A DNA stretch of 64,000 nucleotides, from sequence record NC_028950.1. One strand, written 5' to 3'. How positions within the stretch are numbered: the stretch's first letter is position 1; every line of letters begins with the position of its first letter. A program made the position numbers and the translations under genes. Positions 1 through 8,196 of the stretch are shown here, piece after piece. Below the pieces are notes generated by a model. The model was not told the origin of the DNA, ran no database searches, and saw only the letters and a program-made list of their open reading frames with translations.

Positions 1-59
1 TTCAGTAAAGCCGGAGGCGCTGCCGCTTTCTTTTTATAAAGGAGATTAGAAGCTAGCAT
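1..59 (-). CDS. 5' end of a lectin-family paralog (runs off window start), MLASNLLYKKKAAAPPALL...
   Basis: ATG at 59, 6 nt after the stop of the 66..674 gene. Open to position 1. The leader matches the MLSAMLLKKK and MHEPLLLYKK leaders of its neighbours. Not in the ORF track. Confidence 0.7.
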   Translation of the reverse strand, partial: MLASNLLYKKKAAAPPALL

Positions 60-65
60 AATTTG

Positions 66-674
66 TTACCATGCATTGTAGCCAGAAGGAAGCGGATGGA
101 CGAGATCTGTTCCGGCAAGCAATGTAGCTGAACTATTGGTGCCTGTTGCAGCCGCACCTGAGATCATCGGATAGAACAACGTTGCTGATGAGTAAGGCGT
201 ATAGTCGATCTGACTAAATGCCACGCCATTTTTGTAGAACTGGATCTTTTTTCCAGTCAGGTCCATTGCGACACCAATCACGTCATTGAGCCAGGCATAA
301 GTACCGTAAGCAAAACGTTGTGCAGTACCATAGAGCAATGCCGAAACGTTTGACGTGTAGCTATAGAGAAGCAGTTCGCCAGGACCACCCTGGTTCCAGG
401 GATGGAAGAGTCCTGTTGTCGAAGGCGCAACTCCGATACCAGGAGTATAACCACCACTACCGGATTCAACTCCAGTAATCTTGGCTTCGAAATACCATTT
501 TCCTGAAGAACGACCAATCGTTCCTCGTACCGATCCGCCGATAGTCGAATCGAATGTAACGGATTTATTTCCATTGGACAACGTGACTCCTGAAGAGTAC
601 ATGTCGCTAGGATTGAGTGTCAGTGTCGAAGATTGAACTATGGACTTCTTATAAAGAAGTAACGGTTCATGCAT
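66..674 (-). CDS. SPRY/B30.2 (concanavalin-A-like) domain protein, possibly tail-fibre/adhesin associated
   Basis: SPRY signature 'TLSNGNKSVT...GSVRGTIGRSSGKWYFEAKI...IGVA...NDVIGVAMDLTGKKIQFYKNG'. Start moved to M39 (674) because of a GGTGGA RBS and the 13-nt gap after the upstream stop. Confidence 0.8.
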   Translation of the reverse strand: MHEPLLLYKKSIVQSSTLTLNPSDMYSSGVTLSNGNKSVTFDSTIGGSVRGTIGRSSGKWYFEAKITGVESGSGGYTPGIGVAPSTTGLFHPWNQGGPGELLLYSYTSNVSALLYGTAQRFAYGTYAWLNDVIGVAMDLTGKKIQFYKNGVAFSQIDYTPYSSATLFYPMISGAAATGTNSSATLLAGTDLVHPLPSGYNAW

Positions 675-687
675 AATTCCACCAAAT

Positions 688-1359
688 TTAAACCAAACCA
701 CCAACAGGCGGCGTGAAGTTAGCCGTAATGATTGCGGAATCCCAGAATCCCCATTCGGCCGTGTATACACTAATGCCAGATTGACCAACCGTCATGCTGT
801 TAATACCAGAAACGGCTGAGTTATCTGTAAAATTAGGATAACCGTAGGTACTACCAGTACCGTTCGCCAACAGGATGGCTGCACCATTTATGTAAATGGT
901 GTTTACGTTAGCTTTTCGAACAAATGCAACGTGGTACCACGCTGTTGCCATTTGTGATTCGGTTATGCTGGCATCCCAACATGTACCGATGGTCGACATA
1001 GCAAAACCGAATTGCAATCGGTTGCCGAATCCACTGTCGCCGGTTCGGATCGTAAATCCGCTACCCATGATCGTGACATAGCCGGTTGCCCCAACCAATA
1101 ATACACGACACATCGCTGTAAAGTCAGCAGTACTAGCCCGACTACCAGAAGCATAGTTAACAGTATCGACTCCACTCAGGACTTTCGAATAACCGGAAAT
1201 CGAAATAGGAGGCGTTACAGGAGTGCCGGCAGTATGACTCGTGGGAGCAATCTTTCCAGTTGACGAATTGATGCTGTAATTATATCCCCACAAAGGCTGG
1301 ATTGAATTCAGCCCTCCGCCCGACGCTGCTTTTTTCTTTAAAAGCATCGCAGATAGCAT
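688..1359 (-). CDS. LamG-like (concanavalin A-like lectin/glucanase) domain protein
   Basis: 'WYHVAFVRKANVNTIYING' LamG motif; Ser/Thr/Gly-rich beta protein; N-terminal MLSAMLLKKK leader. Confidence 0.75.
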   Translation of the reverse strand: MLSAMLLKKKAASGGGLNSIQPLWGYNYSINSSTGKIAPTSHTAGTPVTPPISISGYSKVLSGVDTVNYASGSRASTADFTAMCRVLLVGATGYVTIMGSGFTIRTGDSGFGNRLQFGFAMSTIGTCWDASITESQMATAWYHVAFVRKANVNTIYINGAAILLANGTGSTYGYPNFTDNSAVSGINSMTVGQSGISVYTAEWGFWDSAIITANFTPPVGGLV

Positions 1360-1404
1360 TTTATTCTCGCAAATAAGTTTTAACTCGCTTCACAGTATCG
1401 ACCA

Positions 1405-1430
1405 CCCACCTAGCCTTTCGGCTAGGTGGG
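1405..1430. terminator. Perfect 11-bp hairpin downstream of the DNA polymerase gene
   Basis: cccacctagcc-tttc-ggctaggtggg, 10 nt past the stop at 1441. Confidence 0.7.
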
Positions 1431-1440
1431 ATGGATTCGA

Positions 1441-3591
1441 TCAATACGTGTCGTAGATCATTCGCGTGTTTTTCTTGTTACTCATGAAAATGCCCATGGT
1501 TTCCAAGATGTGGTAGTAAGCGCCACAGCAATCCCGCACAATCTTCCGTGCGTTCGAACCAATCAGGATCTCATCCGGAATGCCAGACAACTGGATGATA
1601 CTGACAGGAACGTAAATCGTCGTCATGTACTTACGACCGATGCGAGCACATTCGTCTTGAATATCCTTCACGAGATCCTTGTTCTGAATCTGATCCAGAT
1701 AGACTTGCCAGTCCGACACGTTGCCGATTTCCAGAGAAACCTTCAGCGACGTATAGGGCGGTTCATCGACCATGCCATAGATCTTGCCGAACGTACGATT
1801 CCAGAAAATGTGGTTCCAGTACGGCGTGCGATCTGCATCTTTGATTTTGTACGCATCTGCTTTCTTCAAGTGAGCAGCGCGGAAGTATTCGGTATTACCC
1901 GACTTGACGTCTTCATAAATCGACCATTCTTTCTCGGCGACCATGTCAACAATCTCGTTCAGGTTAAGACCTTTACCATCCACCACAGCTTTCATGGATT
2001 CCAGCAGGAAGTCTTTCACTTCTGTCACGATCGCACCCGGCGTTGCCGAGGAGATCATATTTGCGCCCTTCAGTTCCAGGTCAGGCTTACGGAATACGTT
2101 GCCTTCCTGTGCTGTCTTCATGGCATAGTAATGCTTAGCCATCGAAGTTGGGCAGAAGATCTTGAACTTGTACTCGTTCTTCATCTGCACGTCGAACAGA
2201 CGATCCGGATGGACGCCATAGTTCGCAGACATCATTGCATGCAGGTGAGATGATGTTTGTGCGGCCAGATACACCACGACGTCAGAGGTCGATTCCATTT
2301 CGTCCGTGAAACCGATTTCGCCGTAAACACGACCAACCCATTCCTGAACGGTAAACAGAGTCGAGTCAGTATCGCCACCGAGAACTGAGCGACGAAGACT
2401 GGTCGGGAAGTTACCTGTGGATGCAGGCATGTTACCCGTGAGCCAGAAAGCATCGATCATCGACTGCACAGAGCACAGCGTATTGTTGATGTTCTTGGCA
2501 TTGGTTGCGAGCACGCCATAGTTGTGCGGACTTTCTTTCAGGATTTCCTTCGGCTTTTTGCCAACCGAGAAAGAACGGCAAATCTGACGCGACAGGTTAA
2601 CAGTATCTTCCGAAACCGTCTTGAGAACGAACTGTGCTTCATCAACCGGCATCGTTTCATCGATGAACTTCGACAGCTGATTCAGCAACGACACCACGAA
2701 ACTGGTGTTGTGCTTATACAGATGGTAGAAGTCACCAACATACACGAATGCTGCACGCTCAAGCGGCTTCATCGTTTCGACGAAATCCCACACAGACTGC
2801 ATGTGTTGGTTCGACTGGAAGTACAGCTGACGGCTGCGCTCGATGCATTCGTTGACGTCTTGCACCGTCGGCCAATGCAACTGGAACTTCTTCATCGCTT
2901 CTTCGACCTTATCCAGATCGGTGATAGCGCAGATCGACACGAGGTTATTCAGGATCGTGTCGCGGTCCATGTAGTGGCGATTGCCTTCGATGAACTTTTC
3001 GTTGTTTGCGTTACCGTAAGCGGTCGTATTCCGGCAGTTTGTCGTGAGCGACGAATGCGAAGTCGGATTAAATAGAGCCGTAGACGGAGTGAGCGAAGCC
3101 CCGGAGAGCGAGTTATTCGTGGTCTTTGCATTGTTCTGTCCGAGATCCTTAAACACATAGAGGACCATGTCCCCAGCATTCTTGGCATCGAACATCTGAT
3201 CTTTGAGCACCGACCGTTTCACGATGTTATCCATCGTGTAAAGAGACAGGAGCGATTGCCGAACATCCGGCGAGCAATACGACGTAAACGTCGGCGACAT
3301 CGATTCGTTGTTCTCGAATACGTCTGCGAGATAACGTGACATCGTGGTTTCTTTGAGCTCACGATCTTCGAAGTTCTCACGATGGAGATAACGCACCATC
3401 GGATCCCGGAATTCGAACAGACCACCGGGCTTCATGTTTTTGATCACAAACTCACGTGCTGCTTGCATCGTGATTCCCTTTCTCTTGGAGAGAAAGAGCG
3501 ATGCCTGGTCTACATAACCGTTGAGCACTTTCGTGTCGCGGCGGTAGTCCTCTCGTTCTTTACGGAAAGTTACAGGACGCAACTGATGCAT
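1441..3591 (-). CDS. Divergent family-B DNA polymerase, catalytic subunit (phiKZ gp50-like)
   Basis: Motif C 'VLGGDTDSTLF', motif B-like 'NAKTTNNSLSGA', 'KHYYA' and 'ELKG'. Its position downstream of PhuZ fits phiKZ-like synteny (recalled). Confidence 0.85.
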   Translation of the reverse strand: MHQLRPVTFRKEREDYRRDTKVLNGYVDQASLFLSKRKGITMQAAREFVIKNMKPGGLFEFRDPMVRYLHRENFEDRELKETTMSRYLADVFENNESMSPTFTSYCSPDVRQSLLSLYTMDNIVKRSVLKDQMFDAKNAGDMVLYVFKDLGQNNAKTTNNSLSGASLTPSTALFNPTSHSSLTTNCRNTTAYGNANNEKFIEGNRHYMDRDTILNNLVSICAITDLDKVEEAMKKFQLHWPTVQDVNECIERSRQLYFQSNQHMQSVWDFVETMKPLERAAFVYVGDFYHLYKHNTSFVVSLLNQLSKFIDETMPVDEAQFVLKTVSEDTVNLSRQICRSFSVGKKPKEILKESPHNYGVLATNAKNINNTLCSVQSMIDAFWLTGNMPASTGNFPTSLRRSVLGGDTDSTLFTVQEWVGRVYGEIGFTDEMESTSDVVVYLAAQTSSHLHAMMSANYGVHPDRLFDVQMKNEYKFKIFCPTSMAKHYYAMKTAQEGNVFRKPDLELKGANMISSATPGAIVTEVKDFLLESMKAVVDGKGLNLNEIVDMVAEKEWSIYEDVKSGNTEYFRAAHLKKADAYKIKDADRTPYWNHIFWNRTFGKIYGMVDEPPYTSLKVSLEIGNVSDWQVYLDQIQNKDLVKDIQDECARIGRKYMTTIYVPVSIIQLSGIPDEILIGSNARKIVRDCCGAYYHILETMGIFMSNKKNTRMIYDTY

Positions 3592-3630
3592 TGTTTCCGT
3601 TCCTTAGGTTGACAGCAAAAAAAGATAGCA

Positions 3631-3665
3631 CCCCGTAAAGCAAATCCGAAGATCACTTTACGGGG
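3631..3665 (-). terminator. Hairpin with downstream U-run (minus strand)
   Basis: ccccgtaaag...ctttacgggg stem; A-run at about 3617-3623 reads as U-run on the minus strand. Confidence 0.6.
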
Positions 3666-3701
3666 CGGATTCAAACTAGAGGTAGACCTAACAAAAAAAT
3701 A

Positions 3702-4127
3702 TCAGGTCTTGGTCACATTACCGTTGAAGGTAATCTGGAAGTTGATGAAGCCAGCTTGCTTGAGCATCGTCGTAAGACGCGCCAGATCCGACGTCGATAC
3801 GTTCGGAATGACGATACCTGCCACGCTGACCTGAACTTCCGTGATGGAAGTCGGATCGATCCAGGGCTCACCGATGATGGTGATCGTGCCGTCGATTTTC
3901 TTGATCCGGTAGTAGTTATACTGACGCGGATCGCCGGGGAAACCCGTGGGCAGATTCCCGGACGAAACAACAGCTGCATGCACAGGCTGGATGTCGCCTT
4001 GAAGCATGACTGCGGTTTCGAACGGGAAGTAACCGAGGATTTCGACGCGTTTGAAAGAAGTACCCAGGACATTCGGAGCGTACGTCTCGAAGTCGTAGAT
4101 CTTCTTATTGTCCATCAGCTGAGACAT
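3702..4127 (-). CDS. Conserved jumbo-phage hypothetical protein upstream of the DNA polymerase
   Basis: 141-aa ORF with phage codon bias and an RBS-like AGGTGA; position recalls phiKZ-like genomes. Confidence 0.7.
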   Translation of the reverse strand: MSQLMDNKKIYDFETYAPNVLGTSFKRVEILGYFPFETAVMLQGDIQPVHAAVVSSGNLPTGFPGDPRQYNYYRIKKIDGTITIIGEPWIDPTSITEVQVSVAGIVIPNVSTSDLARLTTMLKQAGFINFQITFNGNVTKT

Positions 4128-4139
4128 GTGAGTTCACCT

Positions 4140-4520
4140 TTAATCGTCGAACGGAGTTTCGAATCTTTTCACCACAATAGAGCGGTTATTCCGATTCGAC
4201 TCGGGTGCAAACTCGAAACCATCGCCAGCATACAGACCATGCGCCCGTAATTGCGACGCGATATTTTTTACGAGAAGAAAAAAAGATTCCAGGAACCGCT
4301 GGAGGAATCTTGGATCGGGCTCCAGATGGTCACGATAGAAATTCCCCAGCTTTGAAAGCGGGGGTTCCTCGTGAACATCTTCGAGCTCGAAAATGATGAC
4401 GTCGAATACCATCAGGACGACATCACTAAGTACGTATTCAGGAAGTTTCTTCTCCGAACCCACATCGCGACAGAAGTCACGAAGCGCGTGTCGGAGGTCG
4501 ACAATTATCCGCTCAGACAT
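4140..4520 (-). CDS. Hypothetical protein, paralog-array member 1
   Basis: 126 aa. N-terminal 'RIIVDL' strand; C-terminal 'IASQLRAHGL...FEF...SIVVK'. Confidence 0.75.
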   Translation of the reverse strand: MSERIIVDLRHALRDFCRDVGSEKKLPEYVLSDVVLMVFDVIIFELEDVHEEPPLSKLGNFYRDHLEPDPRFLQRFLESFFLLVKNIASQLRAHGLYAGDGFEFAPESNRNNRSIVVKRFETPFDD

Positions 4521-4957
4521 TCCCCTTCACCATGTTGGTCGATTTCAGATTCATCGAAGATCTTGACGATGATGTTCATACCTACGAATCCTTCGAATTT
4601 CAAAACAGGATTCTTGGTACCCAAGATCCCCAATTCTTTCAAATATGCCGCGAGAGAAACAGCGAACTCGTAAGCCTGTTGGCCAACGACATCCACGTGT
4701 TCTTCATCGAGCATCCCCGTGTCGGCCAGTTCTTGAGCTTGTGCAAGGCCAAATTCCAAGAGTTCAAAGAACGGGTTAAACTGCGGTTCCCGTTTATGTT
4801 TTCTTGGATCCCAGTATTCTTCTACCGACAGCCACATGACCATAGTCAGCAGCATCTGCATCAAAGCTTTCTGGTGCTCCTCTTCGCGAAAGTGCTCCTC
4901 GAAGAAGCTCTTCCACTTCTGGATCCGATCTTTGGTCGGAACTATGAATTTTTGCAT
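4505..4957 (-). CDS. Hypothetical protein, paralog-array member 2
   Basis: 150 aa. 'KFIVPT'; C-terminal 'LAAYLKELGI...LKFEGFVGMNIIVK'. Confidence 0.75.
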   Translation of the reverse strand: MQKFIVPTKDRIQKWKSFFEEHFREEEHQKALMQMLLTMVMWLSVEEYWDPRKHKREPQFNPFFELLEFGLAQAQELADTGMLDEEHVDVVGQQAYEFAVSLAAYLKELGILGTKNPVLKFEGFVGMNIIVKIFDESEIDQHGEGECLSG

Positions 4958-5012
4958 GTTAACGATTCGCCGATAGGTGTCTCATAACCATTGCCGAACG
5001 ATCGATGTATTT

Positions 5013-5369
5013 TTATTCGATCACTTCAAACTTTAACGACATGAAACTATCGCTGGGAATGAAGCTAACGTGCTGATGAATGAAGCCAGCACGCTGCAAT
5101 TCGCGGAGAATGTGCGCACGGATCCTCATAAAGAAATCCATGATTCGCATCTGCTGCCCAACAGTAAATGGCTTGACTTCCTGATGACCCTGAAACCAGT
5201 AGTCACCATAAACCATTCTCCTGATGTACGCGCGATCTTCTTTATCTCCACGTATGCCTTCGCACAGGTTGTCTAGGGTCTCAGAAAAATCGATGAGTCC
5301 AAACTCCAGTTTGAAGAATTCCCGGAACATTTTCAGAATTTGGATCTTATCGATCAAGACCAGTTTCAT
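5013..5369 (-). CDS. Hypothetical protein, paralog-array member 3
   Basis: 118 aa. 'KLVLID'; C-terminal 'ILRELQRAGF...VSF...SLKFEV'. Confidence 0.75.
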   Translation of the reverse strand: MKLVLIDKIQILKMFREFFKLEFGLIDFSETLDNLCEGIRGDKEDRAYIRRMVYGDYWFQGHQEVKPFTVGQQMRIMDFFMRIRAHILRELQRAGFIHQHVSFIPSDSFMSLKFEVIE

Positions 5370-5794
5370 CAGAACCTCAATCGCATTTTCAAAGCGTGAG
5401 CGCTAGACCACTGAAGGCTGCGCTCATCGATGGCATAGTCGCCATGTACGTCGCGAATTAACGACATCGTGGCACGAACCATATCGTCTATGATTGCACC
5501 GATCTTCGTAGCTTCACGAATCTCGTATTCCTCAACCGAGTAATTCCGATTAAAGGTGACGCTGGAGTAGTACGACGATTCTTCTTCTTTCTTCGTCCAC
5601 TCCGCCATCGCTTCGTTCATCTCCAGAAAGATCTGAACGTCACGTGTACTTATATCTTCCACGCGCTGAGTCGCCATCACACACGACTCGATAAAGCCCT
5701 CCAGTTCATGCGGATAGAAATACAACAGATCCTCAGCAGGACCCACCTTTTCGAATACGTTTCGAAAGTCCACCAGGTAGGTTCGCTCACCCAT
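5369..5794 (-). CDS. Hypothetical protein, paralog-array member 4
   Basis: Start reassigned to MGERTYLVDF (ATG 5794) on a strong AAGGAGG RBS; 141 aa. Confidence 0.7.
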   Translation of the reverse strand: MGERTYLVDFRNVFEKVGPAEDLLYFYPHELEGFIESCVMATQRVEDISTRDVQIFLEMNEAMAEWTKKEEESSYYSSVTFNRNYSVEEYEIREATKIGAIIDDMVRATMSLIRDVHGDYAIDERSLQWSSAHALKMRLRF

Positions 5795-5912
5795 GAAACG
5801 ATCCTCCTTTAGCACTTCGATTTTCCTCGGGAACAGCGTTGTGAAAAGTTTCCGATTACGGAACGGCTCTTCAATTCTTGCTCGTCCTGGTTTTGTTTCT
5901 ACCTGGATCAGC

Positions 5913-6338
5913 CTAGAAGAAGTAGCCTCGTTGTTCTTCGTAACGTTCTGGAACATTGATAATCAGCTCCAATCTCTCGGTCAACCAGTACATGTCGTCG
6001 GGTAGTTCGGCAGCGATATTCGGAAACCACGCCAAGACTTCACCCAGTACCAAATGTTCGAGTTCTTGTTTTACAAAGTCCGCCTCACCATTGATCATGC
6101 AATCGAGGTTCAGCGCTAGATCGAGTTCTTCCTGTAATTGGCTGTGATCCGAAGTCAGATCAAAAACCTTTTCCACGATCAGGGGAAGAATCTCCTTGAT
6201 GTGGCAGGACGAATACGACTTACCTTTTTCAGTAGCCCGTCTGACGTACCAGTTAATGGGACGATGCAGATCGACTAGATATTTACCACCTTCATAAGGC
6301 GGTTTTGGGTAGACGGGATCATCGTCAAATGGTCTCAT
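5913..6338 (-). CDS. Hypothetical protein, paralog-array member 5
   Basis: Start MRPFDDD (6338) overlaps the upstream stop. 'KYLVDLH'; C-terminal 'LELIINV'. Confidence 0.65.
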   Translation of the reverse strand: MRPFDDDPVYPKPPYEGGKYLVDLHRPINWYVRRATEKGKSYSSCHIKEILPLIVEKVFDLTSDHSQLQEELDLALNLDCMINGEADFVKQELEHLVLGEVLAWFPNIAAELPDDMYWLTERLELIINVPERYEEQRGYFF

Positions 6339-6900
6339 GCCGGTTAGCGATCTTTTCTTGTTCCGCTTTCGTCCACTGGATGACTCGCCAGTCTGCATAC
6401 TCTTCGATCATCAGAGTGCGCAGATCACGACCTTGCGTGAGACGATGCAAGACGAAGCGGTTCGGATTCATATGCTCGGTCGTCAGAGTCAGCAATTGCT
6501 TGAGGACATCATCCAGCATGTCCGCAGCTTTCTTGTTTGCCGGATCATTCAGATCGTACCGCAATTCCTCACGCAGTTCTGCTTCGATGTCGAAACCGAT
6601 CAACTCACGAAGATTCATGAGGTGAATATGCCAATCGGTATCTTCGCCATAAATCCAGGCACGACGACGATTGACGATGGCTTCCATGATCGTAATGACA
6701 ACTTTACGAGTCAGATGCGTGAGTGCCGGTTTTGTAAAATCGTATTCCTGGATGCTCGGCAACATCTGGAAAATGTTCATGATAGCAGCGATGTGCTGCT
6801 GCGGATCGATAATGGTGATCTTGAGCGGACGATCGGAAATAACCGATGTGTCCATCCAGATTACGCCATCCGATGCTTTTGTGAATTCGGGCTCTCTCAC
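6325..6900 (-). CDS. Hypothetical protein, paralog-array member 6
   Basis: GTG start with GGAG RBS. 'KITIIDP'; C-terminal 'FVLHRL...RTLMIEE'. Confidence 0.7.
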   Translation of the reverse strand: MREPEFTKASDGVIWMDTSVISDRPLKITIIDPQQHIAAIMNIFQMLPSIQEYDFTKPALTHLTRKVVITIMEAIVNRRRAWIYGEDTDWHIHLMNLRELIGFDIEAELREELRYDLNDPANKKAADMLDDVLKQLLTLTTEHMNPNRFVLHRLTQGRDLRTLMIEEYADWRVIQWTKAEQEKIANRHETI

Positions 6901-7054
6901 CTAAACTCCGTCCTTGTAAAATGCCTCTAAAAGCTTCAAAATGACCCCGTAGTGCATTTGATTAGTGTCGGATATAAGAATATACTTACAACCATTCCAA
7001 AGCCTTCAGAGAGCTTAAAATCCAAATATAAAAATTCGGCGGCATAAGTGGAAG

Positions 7055-7084
7055 TCTCCAGAACCCCGTTAGGAGTTCTGGAGA
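7055..7084 (-). terminator. Hairpin downstream of phuZ
   Basis: tctccagaac...gttctggaga stem; CATA at 7043-7046 (TATG on the minus strand). Confidence 0.65.
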
Positions 7085-7094
7085 TCACCCAGCT

Positions 7095-8087
7095 TTAGAA
7101 CACCAGGCCGTTGCTGGCCTTCTTGGTGCTGCCATCCGACAGCTTGTTCTTCACGACGCGTGCGCCTTCACGCTTTTCGTAATCCGCCACCTGCTCACGC
7201 AGCTTCTTGATCACGCCGTCGAGGAAACCGTCGGCGATCGCGAAGTGCAGCGGGAACTTCAGATCGCGTTCCGTGTCCGCATTGACCGGCACGCCGACAC
7301 GTTGGAACTCGACCGGACGATCGAGCTTCGTGTTGTTCAGATCCTTGTTCAGTGTTGCCACCGAGATCAGGTTGACGTCGCCGAGCACCAGCTTTTCCTG
7401 GTGGATCGACAGCACGCCGACTTGCGGTGCGTACGTGGTGACTTCGTCGAAGTGCTGCCAGTTGTACAGGTCGCGATAGTCCAGGTTCTTGTTCTGGCCG
7501 CTGTACAGCGCGGTCAGGCAGGCGATCGCCAGATGAACCTTCGAATCGACTTCTTCGATCGTGCCGTCGACACCGTTCTGGAGGAATTGCAGGACGATCG
7601 GCTTTTCGCGGGTTTCCACGATGCCTTCGTACGATTCCAGCGTACCGATGCAGTTCTCGATGAAGTTCTTCGTATCGTCGCCGCCGATGCAGAAGACGAT
7701 GACCGACTTGCCTTGCGCCAGTGCTTCCGATGCGATCGACGGACCCATCACCGAACCCGAGCCGCCGGTAGCGGAATGGATCACGATGTTGTGTTCGGCG
7801 AGCGGGAAGCGCTGCAGCATTTCGCCCGTGTACTTGACGATTTCAGCACCGTTGTGACGACGCTTGCCGCCGGAGCCGTTGGCGTTCGGCAGTTGATAGA
7901 AGTGCTCGGCCGGCACACCGAAGGTAGATGCTGTGGAGGTGTCCATGTACACCGGATCGAGTTCTGCGTAACCGGCATTCTGCTTGCCGCGTTCGAGCTC
8001 GAAGTACTTGCCGATGCCGATGCCTGCGCCGCCGCAAGCGTAAATACGGAGTTTGCCCAGCGTGTTGGTATTGTTCAGTTCCGACAT
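7095..8087 (-). CDS. phuZ: PhuZ phage tubulin (tubulin/FtsZ-family GTPase)
   Basis: N-terminal 'RIYACGGAGIGIG', tubulin signature 'SATGGSGSVMG', 'NCIGTLESY', PhuZ-type C-terminal tail 'KKASNGLVF'; 330 aa. Confidence 0.95.
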   Translation of the reverse strand: MSELNNTNTLGKLRIYACGGAGIGIGKYFELERGKQNAGYAELDPVYMDTSTASTFGVPAEHFYQLPNANGSGGKRRHNGAEIVKYTGEMLQRFPLAEHNIVIHSATGGSGSVMGPSIASEALAQGKSVIVFCIGGDDTKNFIENCIGTLESYEGIVETREKPIVLQFLQNGVDGTIEEVDSKVHLAIACLTALYSGQNKNLDYRDLYNWQHFDEVTTYAPQVGVLSIHQEKLVLGDVNLISVATLNKDLNNTKLDRPVEFQRVGVPVNADTERDLKFPLHFAIADGFLDGVIKKLREQVADYEKREGARVVKNKLSDGSTKKASNGLVF

Positions 8088-8157
8088 GTTCAGTTCTCAC
8101 TGTAGAATTTTAAAAGATGAGCCAGCGTCGAATTGATTTCGATACTGATTCACGTTT

Positions 8158-8173
8158 GTAATATATCGCTGAA
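8158..8173 (-). promoter_or_regulatory. phiKZ-type early promoter-like motif TTCAGCGATATATTAC upstream of phuZ
   Basis: Contains TATATTAC, the phiKZ early promoter consensus; belongs to a 16-bp motif family in this window. Confidence 0.6.
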
Positions 8174-8196
8174 TTTCGTTTAAACAAGGACTCCCT

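Noticed and set aside
5795-5956. N-terminal extension of the 5369 ORF given by the ORF track
   Set aside because: It overlaps the upstream gene by 44 nt. A strong AAGGAGG precedes ATG 5794 and gives the family-type N-terminus.
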